NCBI GenBank assembly: GCA_963771355.1
Contig: CAVYTA010000002.1
Coordinates: forward strand, 32,001 to 96,000
Origin: an uncultured Candidatus Rokubacteria bacterium
GTDB lineage: Bacteria; Methylomirabilota; Methylomirabilia; Rokubacteriales; CSP1-6
Direction: 5' to 3'
Length of the DNA: 64,000 bases
Of this stretch, positions 18,114 through 28,788 are shown piece after piece (the first letter of the stretch is position 1; every line of letters begins with the position of its first letter). The notes under the pieces were generated by a model. It ran no database searches and had not been told where the DNA came from. It saw only the letters and a program-made list of their open reading frames with translations. Made by a program: the position numbers and the translations under genes.

Positions 18114-19661
18114 CTACGGGCGCATGCCGTGCGCCGACGGGCCCGGCGTGCGCAGGGGGGCGGCGAGGTGAGCCCACTCGCAGAGCAGCGGGCGCGTCTC
18201 GCGCGGATCCACGATCTCCTCGATCCAGAAGGTCTCCGCGGAGCGGAAGGGCGAGCGGAGCTTGTTGAGGCGCTCCTCGATCTCGGCCATCTTGGCGCCG
18301 CGGTCGGGCGCGGCGTCGAGGTCCGCGCGATACGCGGCCTCGATGCCTCCCTCCAGCGGCAAGGAGCCCCAGCGCCCGGAGGGCCAGGCATAGCGCGTGC
18401 AGTAGCGCCCGCCGTTCTGGTGCGCCGCGCCCGCCACGCCGAAGGAGTTGCGGACGATCACCGCGCACCACGGCACCGTGCATTGCCACATGGCCGACAT
18501 CGCGCGCACGCCCTGCTTGATGGTGCCGGTCTGCTCGGCCTCGAGCCCGATGAGGAAGCCGGGGCAGTCCGCGAGGTAGGCCACCGGGAGATGGAAGGTC
18601 TGGGCCATGTCCACGAAGCGCTCGACCTTCTGGCAGGTGTCCGCCGTCCAGGCGCCGCCATAGTGGAACGGGTCCGACGCCATCACCGCCACCGGCCAGC
18701 CGTCCAGCCGCGCCAGCCCGGTGATGACGCTCCGGCCGTAGAGCGGCGCGATCTCGAGGAAGGAGTCGCGGTCCACCACCGCCTCGACGATGGCGCGCAT
18801 CTTGTAGACTTTTCTTGGATCGCGCGGGATCGCGTCGCCCAGCCACTCTTCGCGGCGCGCGGGGTCGTCGGTGATCGGCCCCCGCGGCGGCACGTCGTAG
18901 ATCGACGACGGCAGATAGGAGAGGAAGCGGCGCGCCAGCGCGAAGGCTTCCTCCTCCGTGTCCACCGCATTGTCCACGCCGCCCGCGCGGAGCTGGATCT
19001 GCCAGCCACCGAGCTCGTTCTTGGTGAGCTTCTGGCCGAGCCGCTCGACCACCGGCGGACCCGCGACGAACATCGCCGACCGGTCCTTGATCATCACGGA
19101 GAAGTGCGCCGCGGCCAGGTGCGCGGCGCCGAGCCCGGCCACCGAGCCCAGCCCCAGCGCCACCCGCGGCACCGTCGCCACGTTGGCCACCACCCATTCC
19201 CAGCCGGCCACGCCGGGCACGTTGGCGCGGCCTGTGGTCTCGATGGTCTTGACCGAGCCGCCGCCGCCGGAGCCTTCCACCAACCTGATCAACGGAAGGC
19301 GTAATTCGTTGGCCATCCGCTCGCACATGAGGTGCTTGCCCTTGATGGTCGCGTCGGCGGAGCCGCCGCGGACGGTGAAGTCGTCGCCGCCCACCACCAC
19401 CGGCCGGCCCTCGACCCGGGCGCGCCCGAACACGAAGTTGGACGGCGTCAGGCTCACCAGCTCGTTGCGCTCGTCGTAGGCCGCCCGGCCGGCGATCTTG
19501 CCGATCTCGTGGAAGGAGCCGTCGTCCACCAAGCGGCTGATTCGCTCCCGTATGGTGAGCCGGCCCCCGTCGTGCTGCCGCTTCACCCGCTCGGCGCCGC
19601 CGAGGGCTTCGGCGAACTCCTCGCGCCGACGCAGCTCGTCCATCTCCGGTTTCCAGTTCAT
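18114..19661 (-). CDS. Acyl-CoA carboxylase carboxyltransferase (beta) subunit
   Basis: GGAERVKRQH, DDFTVRGGS, LGSVAGLGA, FVAGPPVV, DCPGFLIG, EIVDPRETR. Confidence 0.92.
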   Translation of the reverse strand: MNWKPEMDELRRREEFAEALGGAERVKRQHDGGRLTIRERISRLVDDGSFHEIGKIAGRAAYDERNELVSLTPSNFVFGRARVEGRPVVVGGDDFTVRGGSADATIKGKHLMCERMANELRLPLIRLVEGSGGGGSVKTIETTGRANVPGVAGWEWVVANVATVPRVALGLGSVAGLGAAHLAAAHFSVMIKDRSAMFVAGPPVVERLGQKLTKNELGGWQIQLRAGGVDNAVDTEEEAFALARRFLSYLPSSIYDVPPRGPITDDPARREEWLGDAIPRDPRKVYKMRAIVEAVVDRDSFLEIAPLYGRSVITGLARLDGWPVAVMASDPFHYGGAWTADTCQKVERFVDMAQTFHLPVAYLADCPGFLIGLEAEQTGTIKQGVRAMSAMWQCTVPWCAVIVRNSFGVAGAAHQNGGRYCTRYAWPSGRWGSLPLEGGIEAAYRADLDAAPDRGAKMAEIEERLNKLRSPFRSAETFWIEEIVDPRETRPLLCEWAHLAAPLRTPGPSAHGMRP

Positions 19662-19717
19662 AGAGGCCGATGGTAGCATGGCCGAAGAGGGTCGATCGGT
19701 CCCCCCATAGAGGAGGC

Positions 19718-20199
<482 letters not shown>

Positions 20200-20200
<1 letters not shown>

Positions 20201-22374
20201 TGCCGGCCGCCCGGGCTCGCCGCCCCGCCGCGTTCCCGCTCTCCCGCCGTGCCGTGCTCCAGAGCGGTCTCGTCGCCGGCGCCGGGCTGCTCATCGGCTT
20301 CCGGCTGCCACTCGGCGCCGGGCCCGCCGACGCGCAGGCGTCAGGTGTCTTCGCGCCCAACCAGTGGCTCAAGATCGACCGCGACGGCGTCGTCACCATC
20401 GTGAACTCGGTGCCCGAGATGGGGCAGGGCTCGCTGACCACCATGCCCATGATCGTGGCCGACGAGCTGGACGTGGATCTCCCGCGCGTCAAGGTCGAGC
20501 AGGCGCCCGCCAACCCCAAGCTCTACGCGAATCCCGTCACCGGCTCCCAGTCCTTTGGCGGCAGCCGCGGCGTGCGCGATCACCTCGCCATGCTTCGCAA
20601 GGCGGGGGCCGCCGCACGCGAGATGCTGATGGAGGCGGCGGCCAAGGAGTGGGGCGTCCCCGTGAGCGAGGTGACCACCGAGCCCGGCGCGGCGGTCCAC
20701 ACGCCTTCCGGACGGAAGCTCCCCTACGGACAGCTGGTGGACAAGGCGGCCCAGCTCCCCGTGCCGCAGAATCCGAAGCTCAAGACCCCGGACCAGTTCC
20801 GCTATATCGGCAAGGAGACGCGGCGCCGCGACACCCCGGCCAAGATCAACGGCAGCGGCATCTACGGGATGGACGTACAGGTGCCGGGCATGCTGATCGC
20901 CTCCATCGAGCGCTGCCCGGTGTTCGGTGGCAAGGTGCGGAGCTTCGACGCGACCGCGGCCAAGCAGGTGCCGGGCGTGAAGCAGGTGGTGCAGGTCAGC
21001 AATGGCATCGCGGTGGTGGCCGACGGGTTCTGGAGCGCGGTGAATGGGCGCAAGGCGCTCAAGATCGTGTACGACGAGGGCCCCATGGCCCAGGTGACCA
21101 GCGCGATGATCGACCGCGAGTACGAGACGCTGTCGAAGAGGCCGGGGCAGGAGGCGCGCAAGGACGGCGACGCGGACGCGGTGCTGGGGCGCGGCGGCAA
21201 GGTCGTCGAGGGCATCTACCAGGTGCCCTTCCTGGAGCACGCGTGCATGGAGCCCATGAACGCCACCGCGCACGTGCGGACCGATGCCTGCGAGATCTGG
21301 GCTCCCACCCAGAACCCCGGCGGCACCCAGATCACCGCCGCCCGCCTCACCGGGCTCCCGCTCGAGAAGGTCACCGTGAACACCACGCTCCTCGGCGGCG
21401 GATTCGGCCGGCGCGGGGAGCAGGACTTCATCGTGGACGCGGTGGAGACCGCCAAGGCCGTGGGCGGGCCCGTCAAGGTGATCTGGACCCGGGAAGACGA
21501 TATCCAGCATGGGTTCTATCGCCCCGCCACCTATAACGTTTTTCGCGCCGCCCTGGACGGCAGCGGAAAGCCGGAAGCCTGGTGGAACCGGGTGGTCGGC
21601 CCGGGGATTCTCATTCAGAAGGGCCGGGCGGCGGCGGGCGTCACCATCGACCCCGCGGCGATGGAAGGCGTGCGCAACATGCCGTACGACGTCCCGAACG
21701 TCCGCGTAGAATGGGTGAACAAGGATTTCGGCATTCCGCTGGGCTTCTGGCGCTCGGTGGGGCCCTCGCAGAACGCCTTCATCGTCGAGAGCTTCGTGGA
21801 CGAGCTGGCGCACGCGGCGGGAAAGGACCCGGTGCAGTACCGCCTATCGCTGCTGGGCAAGTCGCCCCGCCATCGGGCGGTGCTGGAGCTGGCCGCGCAG
21901 AAGGCGGGCTGGGGCACGCCGCTCCCGCCGGGCCGCGCGCGGGGCATCGCGGTGGCGTTTTCCTACGGGAGCTACGCGGCGCATGTGGCCGAGGTCTCGG
22001 TGGCGCCCGACGGCAAGCCGAGCGTGCACAAGATCGTGGGCGCGATCGACTGCGGCATCGCGGTGAATCCGGACCAGGTCCGCGCCCAGATGGAAGGCGG
22101 GGCCATCTACGCGCTGACCGCCGCGCTCTACGGCGAGATCACGATCGAGGGGGGTCGCGTGAAGCAGTCCAACTTCCACGACTACCCAATGCTGCGAATC
22201 AATGAATCGCCCGTGATCGAGGCACATATCCTCGACTCGGGAGAAGCCGCGGGCGGGCTCGGCGAGCCGGGCGTGCCCACGGTGGCGCCGGCCGTGTGCA
22301 ACGCGATCTTCGCGCTCACCGGCAAGCGCGTCCGGCGGCTGCCGATACGCACGGACGAGCTGAAGCGCGCCTAG
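20200..22374 (+). CDS. Molybdopterin-binding subunit, xanthine dehydrogenase family (IorB-like), with Tat signal
   Basis: SRRAVLQ Tat motif, EMGQG, HACMEP, LGGGFGRR, WTREDD, GGLGEPG. Confidence 0.92.
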
Positions 22375-22384
22375 GAGGGAACAC

Positions 22385-22852
22385 ATGATACGGAAGGTTC
22401 TCGCGATAGTGGTCGTCGGCGTGGCGCTCCTCGCCGTGGCCCCCGCGGCCGAGGCCGGGACGGGGGCACGGGTCCCGGGGGCACGGGAACTGGCGGGGGG
22501 CACGGGTTCCGGGCGGCACGGGTTCCGGGGACACGGCTGGCGGGTTCGTGGCCGCGCGTCCATTTCGGATTTCGGCTTCGGGGCTATCCCTACTATGGCG
22601 GGTACTACCGCTATCCCTACTATGGCGGGTACTACGGCGGCTATCCCTATCCCTACGGGTACTATCCGCCGAGCGTCTACGTCGCTCCGCCCCCGTCCGG
22701 TATATACTGCGCCGCCCCCGGCGGTGGCGGCTCCAGCCCCCGCGCCCGAGATCCAGCGCGAGGTCATCTACCCGCACGGCAAGTACGTGCTCGAGGGGGA
22801 CGGGGTGAGACACCGCCTACCGCTGGACGTGGATCCCGAACCAATAGTCTAG
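22385..22852 (+). CDS. Secreted Gly/His/Tyr/Pro-rich low-complexity hypothetical protein, frameshifted
   Basis: GGAGG RBS and signal peptide ending AEA. Alternative frames give GHGFRGHG and GYPYYGGYY repeats; C-terminal IQREVIYPHGKYVLEGDG. Confidence 0.6.
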   Translation: MIRKVLAIVVVGVALLAVAPAAEAGTGARVPGARELAGGTGSGRHGFRGHGWRVRGRASISDFGFGAIPTMAGTTAIPTMAGTTAAIPIPTGTIRRASTSLRPRPVYTAPPPAVAAPAPAPEIQREVIYPHGKYVLEGDGVRHRLPLDVDPEPIV

Positions 22853-24484
22853 GTCGCCCGCTTGCGGCCGCGCCCGACATAGCCCAGGGCGCGGTCGCGG
22901 CGGCGCCGGGCGGCGTCGCGCGCCCCCGGCGGTCCGTAGCCGCCGCCCCCCGGCGTCGAAACCTGCACGCGGTCGCCCCGCTCGAGCACCCACTGGCGGC
23001 GGTGATTCACCTTCTTCCCGTTGATGCGCACGTCCCCGAGCCCGCCCGGCCGTCCGCCCGCCAGCCCCGGCGCGGGGACGCGCGTCCGCTCCGCCATGAA
23101 GCTCAGCACCACCGGGCGGCGGGACTCCGACTCGAAGAGCACGTCCTGGCCGAGGCCGCCGCGGAAACGCCCGGCGCCGCCGGAGCCCGGCCGCATGCGC
23201 TTGTAGTGGAAGAAGAGCGGCGCGTTGCGCTCCGCCACCTCCACCGGCGTGCTCGAGATATTGCTGGGCCAGGAGAGCACCCCCTCGCCGTCCTTGGCGG
23301 AGGTCGCGCCCATGCCGCCGTTGTAGAAGAGCACCGTGGTATAGGGCCGCCCGTCGTCACGCGTCCCCGACTGGGCCACCGCCCAGAGCGGTGAGCCCGC
23401 GCCGGCCATCACGCGGTCGGGAATCACGTGGTGGAGCGCGCCCAGCACCAGGACCGGCACGTAGTGCCCGGTCTGCGCCCGGCTCACCACCGCGGCGGGG
23501 AACTTCGGGTTGAGGAGACAGCCCTCCGGCGCCACCACCGTCACCGGGCGGTACATGCCCTCGTTGTTGGGCAGCCCGGGCAGCAGCGCGCAGCGCACCG
23601 CGTACGCGGTCATGGCGTAGGTGTAGGCCATCACGCAGTTGATGGCGCGCGGCTGGGCGGGCGACGTGCCGGTGAAGTCGGCGACGATCGCGTCGCCCTT
23701 CACGGTGAGGGCGAGCGCGAAGTGGTACGGCTTCTCGAAGCCGTCGGAGTCCAGCGCGTAGCGATAGGTCCCGTCGGGGACCTTGCTGATCGCGGCCCGC
23801 ATCGCCGCCTCCGACCGGCCGAACAGCTCGTCGCCGAGGGCGTCGAGCCCGTCGAGCTGATAGTCGTCGACGAGCTTCCGCACCCGCGCGTCCATGAGCT
23901 GATTGGCGCTCACCTGCGCCCAGATGTCGCCCACCGTCTGGTCGGGGGTCCGCACATTGGCGCGGATCAGGCGGAGGAGGGTCTCGTCGGGCTCGCCCGC
24001 CCGGATCAGCCAGGTGAGCGGGATGTGCAACCCCTCCTCGAACAGCTCCCGGGCCTCGATGGCCCGCACGCGCCCGCCGATGTCCGGCATGTGCGAGGTG
24101 GTGGAGGAGAACGCCACCAGCCGGTCCGTCCCGTCGTTGCTTGTGGAAGATTGGCTTGACGAGCGAGACGTCGCTCATGTGCCCGGTGCCCTGCCACGGA
24201 TCGTTGGTGATGAGCACGTCGCCGGGTCGCATCCGCTGCGGGCCGATCTCGCGCAGGAAATGGCGCACGGTGGCGGGCAGGGTCCCGATGAAGGACGGGA
24301 TGCTCCCCGAGTTCTGCGCCAGGGCATTGCCCCGCGCGTCGGTCAGCACGCAGGCGAAGTCGTTGGCCTCGTTGGACAGCGTGGAGAAGGAGGTACGCAC
24401 GATGGCCTTGGCCGCCTCATCCACCACCGAGATGATCCGCGTCCAGAGCACTTCCAGCGTAATGGGGTCAAAGCGGGTGGTCAT
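22849..24484 (-). CDS. Hydantoinase B/oxoprolinase family protein, one frameshift near 24125
   Basis: FDPITLEVLWTR, GDVLITNDPWQGTGH, then HMPDIGG, GGMGA, GSGGAGRFRGGLG, TPGGGGYG. Confidence 0.88.
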
Positions 24485-26649
24485 GGGGCCGCCTCCGCGA
24501 GCGTCATCACGAGATTGCCACTGGGCGCCACGCGCGCGATGGCGCCGGGCCCGATCACGAGCGTCGAGCCCTCCTCCTCCACCACCGCCGGCCCGGATAT
24601 CGTGTCGCCCACGCCGAGCCGGCGCTGGTCGTACACCGCGGTGGGCACGAAGCCGCCCGCCTCGCGGAAATACGCGGGGCGGCTCCCCTTGAGCGCGCGC
24701 TCGGCGCCCCCGCCCGGGCGTCCCTGCAGCACCACCTCGCTGCCGGACACGGGCGCGCGCACCGCCACGCGGATATTGAGGAACTCCACCGGCACGCCGG
24801 GCGGCGTGAGCGCGAACTTCTCGCGATAGGCCTCCTCGAAGGCGGCGGTGAGCCGGGCGCGGCCCGCCGCGGTGTCCGCGTACGGGCCCTCCGGCAGGCT
24901 CACCACCAGATCGAAGCCCTGGCCGAGGAAGCGGCCGTCGGCCAGCCGCTGGATGGTGGCCGACTCGAGCTTGAGCCCGGTGTCCGCCATCACCGCGCGC
25001 GCCTCGTCCTCGAGCCGCCGGAAGGCAGCCTCCAGCTCGGCCACGTTCCCCTCATCGAGGCGGATGCCCACGGTGGCCACGCGATCCACGCGTGCCGGGG
25101 CCACCAGCAGCCCCAGGGCGGAGGCCACGCCCGCGGAAGGCGGGCAGACGACGCGGGACAGGCCGAGCTTGGCGGCCACCGACCACGCGTGCACCGGCCC
25201 GGCGCCGCCGGTGCAGAGGAGGGCGTAGGCGCGCGGGTCGCGGCCGCGCTCCGCCACGTGGACGCGCGCCGCCGACGCCATGCTCTCGTTCACCACGTCG
25301 TGAATGCCCCACGCCACCTCCGTGGGCGGCAGGCCCAGCCGCGTGGCCAGCCGCTCCACCGCGGCGCGCGCGGCGGCCACGTCGAGCGGCATCGCGCCCC
25401 CCGCGAAGTAGCCAGGATCGAGATAGCCCAGCAGGAGGTCGGCATCGGTCACGGTGGGCTCCGTGCCCCCGAGCCCATAGGCGGCGGGGCCCGGCAGCGA
25501 CCCGGCGCTGCGCGGGCCCACCTTGAGGAGCCCGATCTCGTCCACCGACGCGATGCTGCCGCCGCCGGCGCCGATCTCGATCAGCTCGATGGTGGAGATG
25601 CGGATGGGCAGCCCGCTGCCCTCGATGAAGCGCCGCTGCCGCGCGGCCTCGAACGAGTAGGCGGTCAAGGGCTCGCCGCCGTCCACCAGCGAGAGCTTGG
25701 CGGTGGTGCCCCCCATGTCGAAGGCGAGCACGTTTGGCGAGCCGCTGCCGGAGGGAGCCGCAGCCGAAGGGAGGCGACATCGGGGATCGAGGCGAGCGGA
25801 TATGGAAGTCCCGTCGTCCTTGCCGAAGAAAGCGGCGGCGATGGCGCCGGCGGCGGGGCCCGACTCCAGCATGCGCACCGGCGCGCGCTCCGCCTCCGCC
25901 ACATGGGTGAGGCCGCCGCTGGAGAGCATGAGGAGGAGCGGGGCGGGAATGCTGGCCTCCGAGAGGCGGCGGCCCATGAGCTCCAGATAGCGCTGGGCCA
26001 GCGGCTTGATATACGCATTGGCCACCGTGGTGGACGCGCGCTCGAACTCGCGCACCTCGGGCGCCACCTCGTGCGAGGTGGTGACGGCCAGCCGCGGGAG
26101 GATGCGCGCCACGATGCGGGCGGCCTCCGCCTCGTGACGCGGGTTCGCGTAGGCGTGGAGGAACACGATGGCGATGGCCTCCACTCCCGCCTCCGCGAGG
26201 CGCCGGGCCCGGGCCGCGACTTCGCGGCGGTCGAGACGCCGTCGCACGCGGCCGTCCGCTCCCACGCGCTCCGTCACCTCCAGGCGCAGGTCGCGCGGCA
26301 CCAGGGGCTCCGGCTTGGTGATGGCGAGATCGTAGAGGTCGAACTTCCGCTCTCTCCCGATCTCCAGCGTGTCGGCGAAGCCGGCGGTGGTGAGGAGCCC
26401 GGTGCGCGCGCCCTTTCGCTCGATGAGCGCGTTGGTGAACAGCGTGGTGGCGTGGACCACGCGGGTGAAGCGCGAGGGCTCGAGCCGACCCTCGGCGAGG
26501 AGCGCGGTGACTCCCGCCGCCACCGCGCGCGCGGGATCATCGTGGGTGGTGAGCACCTTCCGGCTCCACTGCCGGCCGGTATCGTGGTCGTAGACCACGA
26601 GGTCGGTGAAGGTGCCGCCGATGTCGATGCCGAGCGAGTAGTGGGGCAC
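24481..26649 (-). CDS. Hydantoinase A/oxoprolinase family protein
   Basis: GIDIGGTFTD, HATTLFTNALIERKG, ESGPAAG, DMGGTT, IGAGGGS, PTVTDA, GGAGP. Confidence 0.93.
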   Translation of the reverse strand: MPHYSLGIDIGGTFTDLVVYDHDTGRQWSRKVLTTHDDPARAVAAGVTALLAEGRLEPSRFTRVVHATTLFTNALIERKGARTGLLTTAGFADTLEIGRERKFDLYDLAITKPEPLVPRDLRLEVTERVGADGRVRRRLDRREVAARARRLAEAGVEAIAIVFLHAYANPRHEAEAARIVARILPRLAVTTSHEVAPEVREFERASTTVANAYIKPLAQRYLELMGRRLSEASIPAPLLLMLSSGGLTHVAEAERAPVRMLESGPAAGAIAAAFFGKDDGTSISARLDPRCRLPSAAAPSGSGSPNVLAFDMGGTTAKLSLVDGGEPLTAYSFEAARQRRFIEGSGLPIRISTIELIEIGAGGGSIASVDEIGLLKVGPRSAGSLPGPAAYGLGGTEPTVTDADLLLGYLDPGYFAGGAMPLDVAAARAAVERLATRLGLPPTEVAWGIHDVVNESMASAARVHVAERGRDPRAYALLCTGGAGPVHAWSVAAKLGLSRVVCPPSAGVASALGLLVAPARVDRVATVGIRLDEGNVAELEAAFRRLEDEARAVMADTGLKLESATIQRLADGRFLGQGFDLVVSLPEGPYADTAAGRARLTAAFEEAYREKFALTPPGVPVEFLNIRVAVRAPVSGSEVVLQGRPGGGAERALKGSRPAYFREAGGFVPTAVYDQRRLGVGDTISGPAVVEEEGSTLVIGPGAIARVAPSGNLVMTLAEAAP
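25735..25809 (-). repeat. 75-bp in-frame insertion (repeat-like element) inside hydantoinase A
   Basis: Adds TSISARLDPRCRLPSAAAPSGSGSP between FFGKDDG and NVLAFDMGG. Many A/T-ending codons and an internal 16-bp tandem pair. Confidence 0.6.
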
Positions 26650-26655
26650 GCGCGC

Positions 26656-26928
26656 CTACTTCTTGAGCCTCAGATCCTCCATCGGCGCGGAGTACGCGTA
26701 GCCGGGGATGAGGCTGGCCCCGCTCTCCTCCACGCGCGGCCCCACCCCCCAGATGAAGGCCTCGGTCTCCGCGGGGTCCAGCCACTTGGCGGCGAGGGTG
26801 ACGTGCAGCGCCCAGCGCAGCTCGCCTTCCGCGGCGGGCGCGGCGGCGGGCCGCGCGAGGCCGGCGAGGAGCAGCGTGGCGACCAGGACGGCGGCGAGAC
26901 CGGCGCGGGAGATGGGGCGTGGGCTCAT
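26656..26928 (-). pseudogene. Internally deleted family-5 ABC substrate-binding protein (N- and C-termini only)
   Basis: Signal peptide plus GELRWALHVTLAAKWLDPAETEAF joined directly to IWGVGPRVEESG...YSAPMEDLRLKK; only 90 aa. Confidence 0.7.
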
Positions 26929-26981
26929 GGCGAGACCCTAGGGCGGCGCGCGCCGGAGGTCAAGCCTTTCCGGGGACCGTG

Positions 26982-27869
26982 CTAACCCCGCAGTGTCGCA
27001 TCGAGCGTGTCACGAAGGCCGTCACCCAGCATGTTGAATCCCAGCACGGTCAGCATGATGGCCACGCCGGGAAAGAGCGTGATCCACCAGGCCTGGCGCA
27101 TGTAGTTGCGGCCCTCCGAGAGGATGCCGCCCCATTCCGGCGTGGGGGGCTGTGCGCCCAGCCCGAGGAAGGTCAAGGCCGAGCCGGTGAGCACTGCGGT
27201 GCCGAGCCCGATGGAGATGAAGACCATGAGCGGGCCGGCGATGTTCGGTAGGACGTGGCGCAGCGCGATGCGGAGGTCGCGGCCTCCCAGGGCCCGTGCG
27301 GCCTCGATGTACGGCTCCGCGGTGACGGCCAGCGTGGTCGCGCGCACGAGGCGCACATAGAACGGCACCGCCGACAGGCCCACCGCCACCATGGCCTGCA
27401 CCAGGCCGGGTCCAAGGATCGCGCTCACCGCGAGCGTGAGCAGGATGCCGGGGAAGGCCAGCAGCACTTCGGTGGCCCACTCGATGGGGCCCGCGATGCG
27501 CCCCGGGTACAGTCCCGCCACCAGGCCGAGGCCGCCGCCCAGGGTGACGGCGATGCTCACGGAGATGAAGCCCAGCCAGAGGGAAACACGGCCGCCGAAG
27601 ACCACCCGGCTCCAGACATCGCGCCCGAACTGATCGGTGCCGAAGGGGTTCGCGATCGAGGGCGGGCGGAGTACCTGCCGGGGCGACATCGCGAGGGGGT
27701 CGTGGGTCGCGATCCATGGGGCCAGCAGCGCCATCACGGATACCAGACCGAGGAACGCCGCCCCGATACACGCGGATCGGTTGCGGGCCAGCCGCGGCAG
27801 CACCCGCCGGCGTTCCGCGACGGGGTCAGCGAAGGCGGATGGCGGGGTTGAGGAGGGCATAGAGCACAT
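26982..27869 (-). CDS. Peptide ABC transporter permease (DppC/OppC-like); start uncertain
   Basis: PFGTDQFGRDVWSR, YIEAARALG, HVLPN, LGLGAQPPTPEWG, GDGLRD. Confidence 0.9.
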   Translation of the reverse strand: MCSMPSSTPPSAFADPVAERRRVLPRLARNRSACIGAAFLGLVSVMALLAPWIATHDPLAMSPRQVLRPPSIANPFGTDQFGRDVWSRVVFGGRVSLWLGFISVSIAVTLGGGLGLVAGLYPGRIAGPIEWATEVLLAFPGILLTLAVSAILGPGLVQAMVAVGLSAVPFYVRLVRATTLAVTAEPYIEAARALGGRDLRIALRHVLPNIAGPLMVFISIGLGTAVLTGSALTFLGLGAQPPTPEWGGILSEGRNYMRQAWWITLFPGVAIMLTVLGFNMLGDGLRDTLDATLRG

Positions 27870-28746
27870 CCACCAGCGTGTTGATGGAGACGTAAACGAC
27901 GGCGGCGAAGAAGACCACGCCCTGGACGAGCGGGAAGTCCTTGGCGAGGATCGCCGTCACCGCCAGGCGTCCCACCCCCTGGCGCGCGAAGACCGTCTCG
28001 ATGACCACGGCGCCACTCAGCATGGCGCCGAGCTGTAACGAGGCGATGGTCACCACGGGGATCAGCGAGTTGCGCAAGACATGCCGGATCAGCACGCTCG
28101 CGGGCGGCAAGCCCTTGGCTTGGGCCACCCGCACGTACTCCTTTCGAAGCACGTCGAGCACGCTCGAGCGCACCAGGCGCGCGATCAGCGCGCCCGGACG
28201 GACGGCGAGCGCGACCGCGGGCAGCACGAGGCGGTAGAGACGCCCTGCGCGGTGACCGGGAACCACCAGAGGTGCACGGCGAAGACGAAGATCAGCAGGA
28301 GGCCCAGCCAGAAGGAGGGCATGGAGATGCCCACCACGCGCCGCCGGTGGCGAGGCTGTCCAGCCAGCGGCCGCGCCAGAGGGCGGCGACCACGCCGAGC
28401 GGCACGCCCATCGCCACCGCGAGGCCGAAGGCCGCCAGCGCGAGCTCGGCGGTGGCGGGCAGCTGGCGGGCCAGCTCGGTGGCCACCGGCTGTCGGCTAT
28501 AGAACGAGTACCCGAAGTCGAGCTGCGCGGAGCGCCAGAGGAAGCGCCCGAGCTGGGTGAGGAGCGAGTCGTTGAGCCCGAGCTGCTCGCGCAGCGCCGG
28601 AGCTGCTCGGGCGACGCGCCCACGTCGCCCATCATGAGCAACGCCGGGTCGCCGGGGGCCAGATGCAGGATCAGGAACGTCACCACCGCGGCCCCGAGCA
28701 GCACCAGCAGCGACAGGATGCACCGCCGTACCAGGTACGCGAACAC
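27826..28746 (-). CDS. Peptide ABC transporter permease (DppB/OppB-like), with internal frameshifts
   Basis: HLAPGDPA, EQLGLNDSLLTQ, LPATAELA (alternative frame), YVRVAQAKGL, GAVVIETVF, DFPLVQG. Confidence 0.85.
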   Translation of the reverse strand: MFAYLVRRCILSLLVLLGAAVVTFLILHLAPGDPALLMMGDVGASPEQLRRCASSSGSTTRSSPSSGASSGAPRSSTSGTRSIADSRWPPSWPASCPPPPSSRWRPSASRWRWACRSAWSPPSGAAAGWTASPPAARGGHLHALLLAGPPADLRLRRAPLVVPGHRAGRLYRLVLPAVALAVRPGALIARLVRSSVLDVLRKEYVRVAQAKGLPPASVLIRHVLRNSLIPVVTIASLQLGAMLSGAVVIETVFARQGVGRLAVTAILAKDFPLVQGVVFFAAVVYVSINTLVDVLYALLNPAIRLR

Positions 28747-28788
28747 GGCCGGCCCTAGCCGGTCACCGCGCCTCCCCGCCCGGAGTCC

